From assembly GCA_002708105.2 (NCBI GenBank), contig PAOQ02000016.1:2272-66271 (forward strand): a stretch of 64,000 bases of DNA, read 5' to 3'. Source of the DNA: a bacterium (GTDB lineage Bacteria > Desulfobacterota_D > UBA1144). A program made the translations under genes and the position numbers. Shown one piece after another: positions 37,121 to 46,548 of this stretch. Each line of letters begins with the position of its first letter. Within the stretch, counting starts at the first letter, position 1. The notes beneath the pieces were generated by a model, which was given only the letters and a program-made list of their open reading frames with translations, made no database searches and was not told where the DNA came from.

Positions 37121-37902
37121 TCACTAATTAAAAGTTTTCTATTTTCTATTTTCTTATTAATAATTATAGCATTTTGGTGTTTTATTTTCATTGAGAAAGT
37201 GGGAGTTGTTAAGCTTATCCTTCTAGGAATAAGAACATTGTAGTTTGTATTAACGGAGTTTTTCGTTGATTTATCTATTTTTACTGTTTTAAATTCGGAA
37301 TAGGCTATCTTAGCCTCTCTTTTGTCGTCTATTATTATTTCTACTATTTCCTTTGTTTTTAAATCAATTTTTGAGGTTAATTTATTTTGTAAGACATATA
37401 AATAAGAGTCTTTAATTTTGTATTGATATAAATTTTTATCAAACCTTTCAAGATTTAATCCTAGCAACATATTATTTAGTTCGTTTACAGTAAGATCAAG
37501 GTCAAGGTATTTATTAAAAATGTTGAGATTAAACTCAGAAATATCTCTGTTTTTTACTTTTCTTTTTATTCTTTTATATTGAACCCTGATTCCATCAGAA
37601 ATAAATTCCGCAACTTTAAATCTTAAAAAAATATATATGGTTATATGAATTTTCGAATCCCTCTTGATTTCATATTTCTTGTATAGTTTAATCTTTTTAT
37701 TTTTAGGTAAGTTATAACTTACCTTTCCTGATATATTTGCAGTTCTTATGTAATCGTATTTTTTATTTACATCTTCTATTATCTTATGGACTTTATCGTC
37801 ATTAATATTATTCGATAATGAATTTGATAAAGGTGTTAAGAGTAATATTGTAAAGAAAACAAGCTTTTTTAATTTTCTTAAAATATTTAACTTAATAAAC
37901 AT
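37117..37902 (-). CDS. Hypothetical secreted protein (possible LolA/LolB-fold)
   Basis: N-terminal signal peptide 'LVFFTILLLTPLSNS'. Its stop overlaps the ptsH start by 4 nt. The fold assignment is only an impression. Confidence 0.5.
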   Translation of the reverse strand: MFIKLNILRKLKKLVFFTILLLTPLSNSLSNNINDDKVHKIIEDVNKKYDYIRTANISGKVSYNLPKNKKIKLYKKYEIKRDSKIHITIYIFLRFKVAEFISDGIRVQYKRIKRKVKNRDISEFNLNIFNKYLDLDLTVNELNNMLLGLNLERFDKNLYQYKIKDSYLYVLQNKLTSKIDLKTKEIVEIIIDDKREAKIAYSEFKTVKIDKSTKNSVNTNYNVLIPRRISLTTPTFSMKIKHQNAIIINKKIENRKLLISE

Positions 37903-37964
37903 TTATACCCCTTTAATATTAATTTTAAATTTGACTAACAAAACTAATTTGTTTTAATTGTTAT

Positions 37965-39035
37965 ATGGATAATATATTAAAAAATATTTTAAGCCAAAAA
38001 AGAATATCAGTTAAAGAAGGATTGGAAATACTAAAGGAATTTTCGACCTTACAGATTGGACAACTTGCTAATATTGCAAAGAAACAAAGAGGCATTAAAG
38101 ATGAAGTTGGCTTTGTAGTTGATACAAATCCAAATTATACAAATATATGCGATACAGAGTGCCTTTTTTGCGCTTTTTGGCGGAAAAAATCTCATAATGA
38201 TTCATATGTACTGTCTTTAGATAAAATTGTAGAGATAGTTAAAACCTCCTATCATAACGGGGCTACAACTGTTCTTTTGCAAGGTGGCCATAATTCGTCT
38301 ATAGGACTTGATTATTACTGTGACTTAATAAAAAGAGTAACTAAAGAGGTTCCTGGCATACATCTGCATGCATTTTCGGCTCCAGAAATTCATTCAATTT
38401 CTAAATACTGTAAGATGAGCACAAATAATTTATTAAAGCTATTTTGGAGCCTCGGGTTAAGGACAATTCCTGGCGGTGGGGCAGAGGTTTTAAGTAATAA
38501 TGTTAGAAAAAAAATTAGCCCATTAAAAATTTCTGCTGATGAATGGATGAGAATTACAAGAGAAGCTCACTTGGTTGGGTTCAAGACTACTGCAACATTA
38601 ATGTTTGGTCATGCAGAGAAAGATGAAGATATACTTGAACATCTTTTAAGAGTAAGAAATTTACAAGACGAAACAAAAGGGTTTCTTTCATTTATACCTT
38701 GGACTTTTAAGCCTGAGAATACTTTCATGGAAAGAAAAATTTCAAAAGAAGTAGGAGGCGACAGATATCTTAGAGTTTTAGGATTATGTAGAATTTTTTT
38801 AGATAATTTCAATCACATACAAGGATCTTGGTTTACTCAAGGATTTAAAGTTGGAGGCCTGTCTCTTTATTACGGAGCTAATGATGTTGGAGGCACTCTA
38901 CTTCAGGAAAATGTTTTGAAGTCTGCAAATAACCCATATAAAGCGGGGATAGATGATATAGTTCATTTTATCAAATCGGAAGGCTTTATTCCTGTCCAAA
39001 GAGATACATTCTATAGAACAATTAAAACTTACTAG
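37965..39035 (+). CDS. Radical SAM enzyme of the futalosine-pathway MqnC/MqnE (CofH/ThiH-like) family
   Basis: 'NYTNICDTECLFCAFWR' (CxxxCxxC), 'LLQGGHN', 'GANDVGGTLLQENV', C-terminal 'PVQRDTFY'. MqnC and MqnE cannot be separated by eye. Confidence 0.7.
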   Translation: MDNILKNILSQKRISVKEGLEILKEFSTLQIGQLANIAKKQRGIKDEVGFVVDTNPNYTNICDTECLFCAFWRKKSHNDSYVLSLDKIVEIVKTSYHNGATTVLLQGGHNSSIGLDYYCDLIKRVTKEVPGIHLHAFSAPEIHSISKYCKMSTNNLLKLFWSLGLRTIPGGGAEVLSNNVRKKISPLKISADEWMRITREAHLVGFKTTATLMFGHAEKDEDILEHLLRVRNLQDETKGFLSFIPWTFKPENTFMERKISKEVGGDRYLRVLGLCRIFLDNFNHIQGSWFTQGFKVGGLSLYYGANDVGGTLLQENVLKSANNPYKAGIDDIVHFIKSEGFIPVQRDTFYRTIKTY

Positions 39036-39556
39036 AGACTATTCTTAAAATCATTAATATCTTTTATATGTTTCTTCCTATTAATGCTCCATTCTAAAAT
39101 TGTATTAAACATGAGTTTAATAAATTTCTTAAGTTTTTCATCTTTTATATTCCATTTATAATCGACTCCAAACTCTTTTAGGAATTTTGATGAAAAAAAT
39201 AGCTGTTCGAATTGTGATGAATCATTACTGCTTCTTTTTGCATAAATACATGAATAGGATTTACCTAAAATAATAGAAAATTTTTCATCAAGATTTAATT
39301 TCAAACCTGCTAATATAGCTAGAGACTCTAATGAAAATTGATATAATTCTGAGTCTTTATTAGGCATTTTATTGATTTTATTAAATATAGAGTCAGGAAA
39401 AACCACTTTTCCTTTATGTATTATCCTCGGTATGTCCTCTATACATAGGCCGGATGGATCAAAAATACCTATATCTTTACAAAGACTGAACGATTCTTTA
39501 ATTTCGTTCCAAATAATCAACCTGGTTTCGTTAATATTTTTATTCACCTTGACCAT
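39032..39556 (-). CDS. Hypothetical protein
   Basis: 174-aa ORF divergent from bioB. No recognised motifs. Confidence 0.45.
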   Translation of the reverse strand: MVKVNKNINETRLIIWNEIKESFSLCKDIGIFDPSGLCIEDIPRIIHKGKVVFPDSIFNKINKMPNKDSELYQFSLESLAILAGLKLNLDEKFSIILGKSYSCIYAKRSSNDSSQFEQLFFSSKFLKEFGVDYKWNIKDEKLKKFIKLMFNTILEWSINRKKHIKDINDFKNSL

Positions 39557-39623
39557 TATAACTGGGTTTGAATAAAGCTAATATTATATGTAGAATAGTA
39601 AGTGTTTTTGGGTGGGAAATGAT

Positions 39624-40616
39624 ATGGATATTAAATATTTAGAAGATAAATTACTGAAGAATAATGGCTCAATAAATTTCGAAGAAGCAATGGAACTCAC
39701 GAATTTTCCTAAGAATAGAATTTTAGAATTAACTAGTCTAGCAAGAAAAGTAACATTGAAATATAAAGGAGATGGTGTCTTTTTAAGATCAATTATCAGC
39801 GCTAAAACTGGTGACTGTTCTGAGGATTGTTCTTTTTGTTCTCAGTCTGTCCACTATTCATCCCCGATTTCAAAACATTCATTACTAGATCCTGACGAAG
39901 TCTTACAAGCTGCCCTACAATCAGAAAAAATGGGTGCCTTTGATTTTTGTATAGTAATTGCTGTGAAAGGTCCTAGCAACAAGCAATTTGAAAAAGTAAT
40001 TGAATCAGTAGAGATAGTAAAGAAGAATACTAAATTAGAAGTTGGTTGTTCTTTAGGGACACTTACAGAAGAACAAGCTGTTGCATTAGCTAAGGCAGGT
40101 GTGTGGAGATATAATCATAATATTGAATCCTGTAGAGAATTCTTCCCAAATGTTTGTACTACTCATACTTATGACGAAAGAGTGTCAACTGCCAGATTAG
40201 TAAAAAAAGCAGGAATGGAATTGTGTTGTGGAGGAATAATCGGTTTAGGAGAAAGTGTTGAGCAAAGAATACAACTTGCTTTTGAAATTAAAGATTTGGA
40301 CCCACATACGGTACCTATGAATTTTCTAAATCCTAGACCAAACACACCTCTAGCAAATATGAAACCTGTACCTAGTCTTGAGGCTATAAAGACAATAGCA
40401 ATTTTTAGACTTATAATGCCTGAAAAGGTACTTATGTCTGGCGGGGGTAGAGAAATTACTTTGAGAGATCTGCAATCAATGGGAATTATGGCCGGATCTA
40501 ATGGAATGATAATAGGGAACTATTTGACAACTGTTGGAAGAGCACCGGAAGAAGACCTAAAAATGATCGAGGATCTTCAAATTCCTATAAGAGACAGATA
40601 CGATACTATTGAATAG
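39624..40616 (+). CDS. bioB: Biotin synthase
   Basis: 'CSEDCSFCSQS' (radical SAM CxxxCxxC), 'NHNIES', 'CCGGIIGLGE'. The track start is a GTG at 39612; the ATG at 39624 is preferred. Confidence 0.92.
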   Translation: MDIKYLEDKLLKNNGSINFEEAMELTNFPKNRILELTSLARKVTLKYKGDGVFLRSIISAKTGDCSEDCSFCSQSVHYSSPISKHSLLDPDEVLQAALQSEKMGAFDFCIVIAVKGPSNKQFEKVIESVEIVKKNTKLEVGCSLGTLTEEQAVALAKAGVWRYNHNIESCREFFPNVCTTHTYDERVSTARLVKKAGMELCCGGIIGLGESVEQRIQLAFEIKDLDPHTVPMNFLNPRPNTPLANMKPVPSLEAIKTIAIFRLIMPEKVLMSGGGREITLRDLQSMGIMAGSNGMIIGNYLTTVGRAPEEDLKMIEDLQIPIRDRYDTIE

Positions 40617-40625
40617 TTTTGATTT

Positions 40626-41948
40626 ATGACGTCAACAAAAAAAATAAAATCATATGACTTAGATTACATTTGGCATCCTTTTACCCAAATGAAAGAATAT
40701 CTAAATGAAGACCCCTTGGTAATTGAAGACTCAGATGGGATTTATTTAATTGATTCTGATGGAAACAAGTATATTGATGGAGTCTCATCTTTGTGGGTAA
40801 ATATTCACGGACATAAAGTGTCAAAAATTAATTCTGCTATAAAAAAACAAGTAGATAAGATAGCGCACTCAACCCTTCTAGGGATAACTAATCCCTCGGC
40901 TTCATTGTTAGCAAAAAAGCTAATAGACATATCTCCGGTTGGCTTAAAGAAAGTTTTTTATTCCGGGGATGGCGCAAGCGCTGTCGAAGTAGCTTTGAAG
41001 ATGGCTTTTCAATATTGGCTCATTAAAGGGAAGAAAAATAAGAACAAATTTGTGTGTTTAAAGGATGGATACCATGGTGATACTCTTGGAGCTGTTTCTG
41101 TGGGCGGGATAGATACTTTTCATTCAACTTTTAAGCCTTTACTTTTTAAGTCATATCAAATCGCATCTTATGATTCGTCAAATATAACAATAAAAGAATT
41201 AGAAAAATTATTGAAAGCTAAGTCAGACTCAATTGCTGCCTTGATATTAGAGCCTTATGTTCAAGCAGCAGGTGGAATAAAAGTTGCCGAAGATGGATAT
41301 TTAAAAGAAATACAAAAAATATGTAAGAAATATAATATATTATTAATTCTTGATGAGGTTGCTACTGGATTTGGTAGGACAGGAGAAATGTTTGCATGTG
41401 ATCATGACAATGTAACCCCCGATATTCTTGTTCTTGGTAAAGGATTAACAGGAGGCTATTTGCCTCTTTCAGCAACAATAACTACAGATGATATTTTTAA
41501 CACATTCTTAGGTGAACATGATGAGTTGAAAGCCTTTTTTCATGGACATAGTTATAGCGGAAACCCCCTTTCTTGTTCTGCAGCAATAGCTAATTTGGAT
41601 ATATTTGAAGAAGAACGAACTATTACAAAGGCAAAAAAAGTAATTAAGGTTTTTGAAAATGAACTTAAAGAATTCACAGGATTAAAACACGTTTCATCAA
41701 TCAGAAGTAAAGGTTTGATGGCAGGAATTGATCTTAAAAGAGATCCAGGGAACGATGTATCTTATAAACTTAAAGATAGAATTGGAAAGAAAGTGTGTGA
41801 TGAAGCAAAAAAGGAAGGTGTTTTGATTAGGCCATTAGGAGATACTATAGTTATAATGCCGCCTGTCTCAATTAAAGAAAAGGAATTGAAGAAGCTTACT
41901 AAGTCCATTTATAAGTCGATAAAAGAAGTAACTGAAAATGAAAGTTAA
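40626..41948 (+). CDS. bioA: Adenosylmethionine-8-amino-7-oxononanoate aminotransferase
   Basis: 'IWHPFTQM', 'SGDGASAVEVALKMA', 'DEVATGFGRTG', 'LGKGLTGGYLPL', 'HGHSYSGNPL'. Confidence 0.92.
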   Translation: MTSTKKIKSYDLDYIWHPFTQMKEYLNEDPLVIEDSDGIYLIDSDGNKYIDGVSSLWVNIHGHKVSKINSAIKKQVDKIAHSTLLGITNPSASLLAKKLIDISPVGLKKVFYSGDGASAVEVALKMAFQYWLIKGKKNKNKFVCLKDGYHGDTLGAVSVGGIDTFHSTFKPLLFKSYQIASYDSSNITIKELEKLLKAKSDSIAALILEPYVQAAGGIKVAEDGYLKEIQKICKKYNILLILDEVATGFGRTGEMFACDHDNVTPDILVLGKGLTGGYLPLSATITTDDIFNTFLGEHDELKAFFHGHSYSGNPLSCSAAIANLDIFEEERTITKAKKVIKVFENELKEFTGLKHVSSIRSKGLMAGIDLKRDPGNDVSYKLKDRIGKKVCDEAKKEGVLIRPLGDTIVIMPPVSIKEKELKKLTKSIYKSIKEVTENES

Positions 41949-43119
41949 AGAATTTAATTCGTGGATTACTGATAGCCTAAGTGAAATCAAGAATTCTAAT
42001 TTACATAGAAGATTAATTGAGATTTCATCTTCAATGGGACCAGAAGTAACTATAGATAAAAAGAAATATTATCAATTTGCTTCAAATAATTATCTTGGGC
42101 TGACTACAAATTCCGCGGTAATTAATTCATCTGTCAGTTCAAGTAAAAAATTTGGCACTGGAACTGGTGGTTCAAGGTTGGTAACTGGTACATCTAACTT
42201 ACATTCAAAACTAGAGTCAGAAATCGCTAAATTTAAGAAAACTAAGGACTCAATACTTTTTAGTTCAGGATATTTGGCCAGTATTGGAACCATTTCTTCA
42301 ATTATGAATAAGGACGATATTATATTTAGTGATGAATTAAATCATGCTTGCTTAATAGACGGCGCTAAACTATCAAAATCTAGAGTTGTTATATATAAGC
42401 ATACTGATATGAAAGATTTAGAAAGTAAATTAAAGAAGTATAAATCATTAAAGGTTAAAAAAATGATTGTTACCGATAGTGTATTTAGTATGGATGGTGA
42501 TATTGCGCCTCTAGACAAGATTGTGGTGTTATGCAAAAAATATGGATGTATTTCTATGATTGATGAAGCGCATGCAACGGGTGTCCTTGGCGAATCTGGT
42601 AGCGGAGCCTCAGAAATGTTTAAGTTACAAAATGAAATTGATATATGTATGGGTACATTGTCTAAAGCTGTTGGTTCAATTGGAGGATACGTTGCAGGGT
42701 CTGATGTACTAATTGATTTTTTAAAGAATAAAGCTCGATCATTTATATTTGATACCTCTTTGCCTGCAGGGGCATTAAGTGCATCGTTAAAATCAATCAG
42801 CATTATTAAGTCTAAACCTCAATTAAGATTAAATTTGAATAAAAATATCAAGTACTTAAAAAAATACCTCTCAAATTCAAGGTTTAGTTTTTTAGATTTT
42901 CCAACACCAATAATTCCTGTAATACTTGGAGATGAAAAGAAAGCTTTAAAGTTTTCTAGATTATTATTGAAGAATAGAATCTTTGTCCCAGCCGTAAGAC
43001 CACCATCTGTTCCAAAAGGGGAGTCAAGAATTAGAATAACTTTAATGGCGACTCATAAAAAGCATCATATTGATAAACTAATAAATGTTATGAAGGAATT
43101 AGAAAGATCTATTTATTAA
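41938..43119 (+). CDS. bioF: 8-amino-7-oxononanoate synthase
   Basis: 'FASNNYLGL', 'DELNHACLIDG', 'DSVFSMDGD', 'DEAHATGV', 'GTLSKAVGS' (PLP Lys). Confidence 0.88.
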   Translation: MKVKEFNSWITDSLSEIKNSNLHRRLIEISSSMGPEVTIDKKKYYQFASNNYLGLTTNSAVINSSVSSSKKFGTGTGGSRLVTGTSNLHSKLESEIAKFKKTKDSILFSSGYLASIGTISSIMNKDDIIFSDELNHACLIDGAKLSKSRVVIYKHTDMKDLESKLKKYKSLKVKKMIVTDSVFSMDGDIAPLDKIVVLCKKYGCISMIDEAHATGVLGESGSGASEMFKLQNEIDICMGTLSKAVGSIGGYVAGSDVLIDFLKNKARSFIFDTSLPAGALSASLKSISIIKSKPQLRLNLNKNIKYLKKYLSNSRFSFLDFPTPIIPVILGDEKKALKFSRLLLKNRIFVPAVRPPSVPKGESRIRITLMATHKKHHIDKLINVMKELERSIY

Positions 43120-43169
43120 ATTGAATAGTAAAACATAGTTCAGAAGGTAAACTTAAATAGGTTTTAGAT

Positions 43170-43475
43170 ATGGCAAAAACAGAAAAAGAATTTGATCTTT
43201 TTTGGAGCCTATTGCTAGGCCGTAAGGTCGATAAAAAGAAGGCCAAAATCGAATATCTTAAGATTAAAACTGATTTTACCCCAAAAGAATTGGCTGATAA
43301 ATTTAATAACTTGTATAAAATCACAGGAGAGGAGCGGTTTGTTCCACACCCTCAAAGATGGTTAAGAAATGAAAGATGGAACGATGAAATAAATGAAAAA
43401 GTAAATGGTGAGAAGATTTATAGAAATAGCAAAGGTTATATTATATCTAAGGAAGAGTGGGAGAAGGGGGAGTAG
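43170..43475 (+). CDS. Small hypothetical protein with a phage/replication-associated-like motif
   Basis: 'FDLFWSLLLGRKVDKKKA ... FVPHPQRWLRNERWNDE' resembles the F..FW..YP.KV.K..A ... IPHP.TWLN..RW.DE pattern I recall from small prophage-borne proteins. Confidence 0.5.
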   Translation: MAKTEKEFDLFWSLLLGRKVDKKKAKIEYLKIKTDFTPKELADKFNNLYKITGEERFVPHPQRWLRNERWNDEINEKVNGEKIYRNSKGYIISKEEWEKGE

Positions 43476-43487
43476 TCCTATAATATA

Positions 43488-44891
43488 ATGAAAAAAGTCA
43501 TTTTTTTACTTTTAGACGGTGCCAGAAAAGATTCTTTAGAAAATCATATTAATGATGGATTGATGCCGAATTTAAAAAGAGTTATCAAAGATGGAGGAAC
43601 CCTGACAACCGCAGTAACAGTTTTTCCATCTACTACAGGACCAGCATATTTACCTTTTCTTATGGGTCTATTCCCAGGGAATTGTAATATGCCCGGTATA
43701 AGATGGTTTGATAAATTAAAGTTTTCAAGGAATAAAGGTTCTTTTTATTCACATCGAAGCTATGTAGGGATTGAAGGGTTATTCTTCAATAAAGATATAA
43801 AAAAATCTCAATTAACAATTTTTAACATTATAAATAAATCTCGATCGATTTTTAATGAAATCACAAAGGGATTACCAGTCAAATTTGACTTAACCAATAT
43901 TTCGAAGGTTTTCCATAAATTTAAGTCCCATTTCTATGGTTCACATCATATAGATAATATTGCTTCAGATAAGCTATTAAATTCTTTAGAGTCAGATGCC
44001 CAGTTTGTTTTCTGCTGTTTTTTAGGGGTTGATTCTAATTCACATATATCTGGATGTGATAGTAGTACGGTTGTAGATTCATATGTCAATTTTGACAACA
44101 AACTTGGTTTAGTAGTTGATAAACTAATAGAAACAAACCAGTTAGAAGAGACATTGCTAATTATTACTAGTGATCACGGACACTCTAACACTCATACACA
44201 TTTGGATTTAGTTCAGTTTTTAGAGCAGTATGGTTACAAAGTTTTTTCATATCCTTTAATTCATAAGAAATATTTAACTGATATTGATGCTGCAGTTATG
44301 GTTTCTGGAAATTCTATGTCTCATATTTATTTAAGAAAAGATAAAAATTGGGCAGAAAAATATACTTTTCCTTCATCTGAGAAATTAATAGATGACCTAC
44401 TCCAACTTGATGCGGTAGATATAGTTATGACAAAAAATGAAAAAAATCAAATTGTAATAAAAAGTACTAGAGGAATAGCAATTTTAGAGAATAAGGATTC
44501 GGGTTTGCAATACACCCCATTGTTAAATGACCCATTTGGCTACAAAGGGATAAGTGACTTTTTAACCTTTGAAGACTCTTTGGATAAAACCTTTGATACT
44601 CAATATCCAGATGCTTTAGTGCAAATATTCCAGATTTTTAATTCGCCTAGATGTGGAGATATAGTTGTCAGCGCAGAGACAGGGTTTGATTTAAGAAATA
44701 AGTTTGAGTTTCCAGAGCATAAATCTTCACATGGATCATTAAAAAGTGATCACATGCATGTCCCTTTAATAGTAAATAAACAAATTCTAAATAATAGGAT
44801 TAGAACAGTTGACTTGTTCCCTACAATCGTAGATTTTTTAGGCTTTAATTGTCCAAATAAAGTTGATGGTAAGAAATTAGATATTAATTAA
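43488..44891 (+). CDS. Alkaline-phosphatase-superfamily protein (type I phosphodiesterase/nucleotide pyrophosphatase family)
   Basis: 'LLLDGARKD', 'VFPSTTGPAY', 'GVDSNSH', 'ITSDHGH', 'SSHGSL'. Confidence 0.75.
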   Translation: MKKVIFLLLDGARKDSLENHINDGLMPNLKRVIKDGGTLTTAVTVFPSTTGPAYLPFLMGLFPGNCNMPGIRWFDKLKFSRNKGSFYSHRSYVGIEGLFFNKDIKKSQLTIFNIINKSRSIFNEITKGLPVKFDLTNISKVFHKFKSHFYGSHHIDNIASDKLLNSLESDAQFVFCCFLGVDSNSHISGCDSSTVVDSYVNFDNKLGLVVDKLIETNQLEETLLIITSDHGHSNTHTHLDLVQFLEQYGYKVFSYPLIHKKYLTDIDAAVMVSGNSMSHIYLRKDKNWAEKYTFPSSEKLIDDLLQLDAVDIVMTKNEKNQIVIKSTRGIAILENKDSGLQYTPLLNDPFGYKGISDFLTFEDSLDKTFDTQYPDALVQIFQIFNSPRCGDIVVSAETGFDLRNKFEFPEHKSSHGSLKSDHMHVPLIVNKQILNNRIRTVDLFPTIVDFLGFNCPNKVDGKKLDIN

Positions 44892-45383
44892 CTCTTCCCT
44901 AGAAAGTAGTTTTTTAAGGTCTCCATGAACTAATTCCTCTTTAGATTTAAGTGATGCTGAAAGCTCTTTTACTAGCCTTTTGAATGCATTTTCGAGTATT
45001 TTCTGTTCACCAAATGATAGTTCTTTATTTCGTGAGATATCATTAATTTCTCTAAATACTTCCCCTGCCATAATAATATTTCCTGTTTTTAGTTTTTCAG
45101 TATATGAACGATACCTCTTATTCCAGCTTACATTTTCTTCAATTTTATATTTTGTTTTCCCATTTATTAGAGACCACAAGGTTTTTATCTCATTCTTTTT
45201 TGCAAGAGGACGTAACTCCTTTGCTTGAACAGAGTTCTTTGGAATCATTACCGTGATATCACTGTCAACAACTTTGAGTATTAAAAACTGATGAGAAACA
45301 CCAGAAATTTCTTGTTTTTGTATACCGGTTATTGTTACCAAGCCATGAGATGGATATACAGCTTTATCTCCGACTTTATACAT
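44877..45383 (-). CDS. carD: CarD/CdnL-family RNA-polymerase-binding transcriptional regulator
   Basis: 'YKVGDKAVYPSHGLVTITGI' (Tudor-like RID), 'WNKRYRSYTEKLKTGN', 'VFREI'. Confidence 0.85.
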   Translation of the reverse strand: MYKVGDKAVYPSHGLVTITGIQKQEISGVSHQFLILKVVDSDITVMIPKNSVQAKELRPLAKKNEIKTLWSLINGKTKYKIEENVSWNKRYRSYTEKLKTGNIIMAGEVFREINDISRNKELSFGEQKILENAFKRLVKELSASLKSKEELVHGDLKKLLSREELINI

Positions 45384-45466
45384 ATTATATTATCTCACAT
45401 TTCATTATCATCTTCAATTTGATTCTTATCTTGACTACTTGTTTGGTATTGATTTATATTCAATTT

Positions 45467-46441
45467 ATGAGTTGTGATACTTACCTAAAAAATTATAAGA
45501 GTTTTTTAGAGCTTAACGGCAAAAGTAAGAATACTATTGATTTATATTTAAGGGATATAACTTTTTATCTACAAAATTGTGAAAAATTTAATAAAGACAT
45601 CTCACCTAAAAATTTTATTTTACTTTTCAATAAGAATAAAGTATTAAATTATTTTTTCTTTTTAAAAGATTCATATAAGAATAAAGATGATGGTGTTGCC
45701 ATTAACAAGTTTTATAGAACATTGAGTAGAAAGCTTTCAGGTTTTTCTAAGTTTTTGGATTTTTTAGTTCGAGAAAAAGAAATTAAAGAAAATTTTTTAA
45801 ATGGTTTTGATAGATCAAATTTTATCAAAAAAAATAGGGAATCTATAAGTAGAAATTATACAAAATGGATTCCAGAACAAGAATTACTGGTTTTTGTTGG
45901 AAATCTAATAGATTTGCTAGAAGAAGATTCCCAATCATATAAGGTTTCAAGGGATATTATGATTGTCATAATGTTAATATTTACGGGATTAAGGGCTAGT
46001 GAATTAGAAAATATAAAGCTTATTGATATTGATTTCGAGGAAAACTTAATTCATAACGTCACAAGAAAGAGAAGTGTAATATCAGAAATACCAATTGAGA
46101 GATCTTATCTAAAGCCTCTAATGATTAATTATTTAAATAACTTTGGTAAGGAGCTAAAAGATAAATCAGGATATCTTTTCTTAAAGAATAAAAACACTAA
46201 AATTGATCGTCATTTGGTTTATAGAGCTGTATCAAAATACTCAAAAAAAATGCTAGGTAGACAAATTCACCCCCATATTCTCAGGCATACATTTGCTACA
46301 ATAATGTGTGTGAATGGTGCAAATATATCCGATGTTAGAGATATGTTAGATCATAAGAATATATCTTCCACTGAACTATATGAGCATGTAAATAAGATTA
46401 AAAATAAGTCAGAGATTATTAATAAATTTACTTCTGACTGA
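45467..46441 (+). CDS. Tyrosine recombinase, XerC/XerD-like
   Basis: N-terminal SAM-like 'YLKNYKSFLELNGKSKNTIDLYLRD'. Catalytic 'GLRASEL', 'HPHILRHTFAT', 'SSTELYEHV' (R..HxxR..Y). The track start at 45332 overlaps carD, so the ATG at 45467 is preferred. Confidence 0.8.
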   Translation: MSCDTYLKNYKSFLELNGKSKNTIDLYLRDITFYLQNCEKFNKDISPKNFILLFNKNKVLNYFFFLKDSYKNKDDGVAINKFYRTLSRKLSGFSKFLDFLVREKEIKENFLNGFDRSNFIKKNRESISRNYTKWIPEQELLVFVGNLIDLLEEDSQSYKVSRDIMIVIMLIFTGLRASELENIKLIDIDFEENLIHNVTRKRSVISEIPIERSYLKPLMINYLNNFGKELKDKSGYLFLKNKNTKIDRHLVYRAVSKYSKKMLGRQIHPHILRHTFATIMCVNGANISDVRDMLDHKNISSTELYEHVNKIKNKSEIINKFTSD

Positions 46442-46548
46442 ATAAAAAACTAATTCATTTAATAATTTTAATATGCTTTATATTACGACTAATTAAATAG
46501 TTGATAGAGATTTCGACAAATATCTTTTATAATTCTTCCCTTAATGAC

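Noticed and set aside
45332-45466. N-terminal extensions proposed by the ORF track. Examples: recombinase from 45332, cysH from 11161, trxB from 27273, argB from 46501, glnA from 53325, glnB from 53693.
   Set aside because: The extensions start at TTG/GTG codons that fall inside SD sequences or overlap the neighbouring gene. They add hydrophobic or low-complexity residues absent from the conserved families. Downstream ATGs with proper SD spacing give canonical N-termini.
43170-46441. Possible integrated mobile element, suggested by the phage-like small ORF plus the tyrosine recombinase.
   Set aside because: The genes between them (alkaline-phosphatase-family enzyme, carD) are ordinary chromosomal genes. 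No tRNA target, flanking direct repeats, transposase, capsid or replication genes are present, and composition matches the surroundings by eye.
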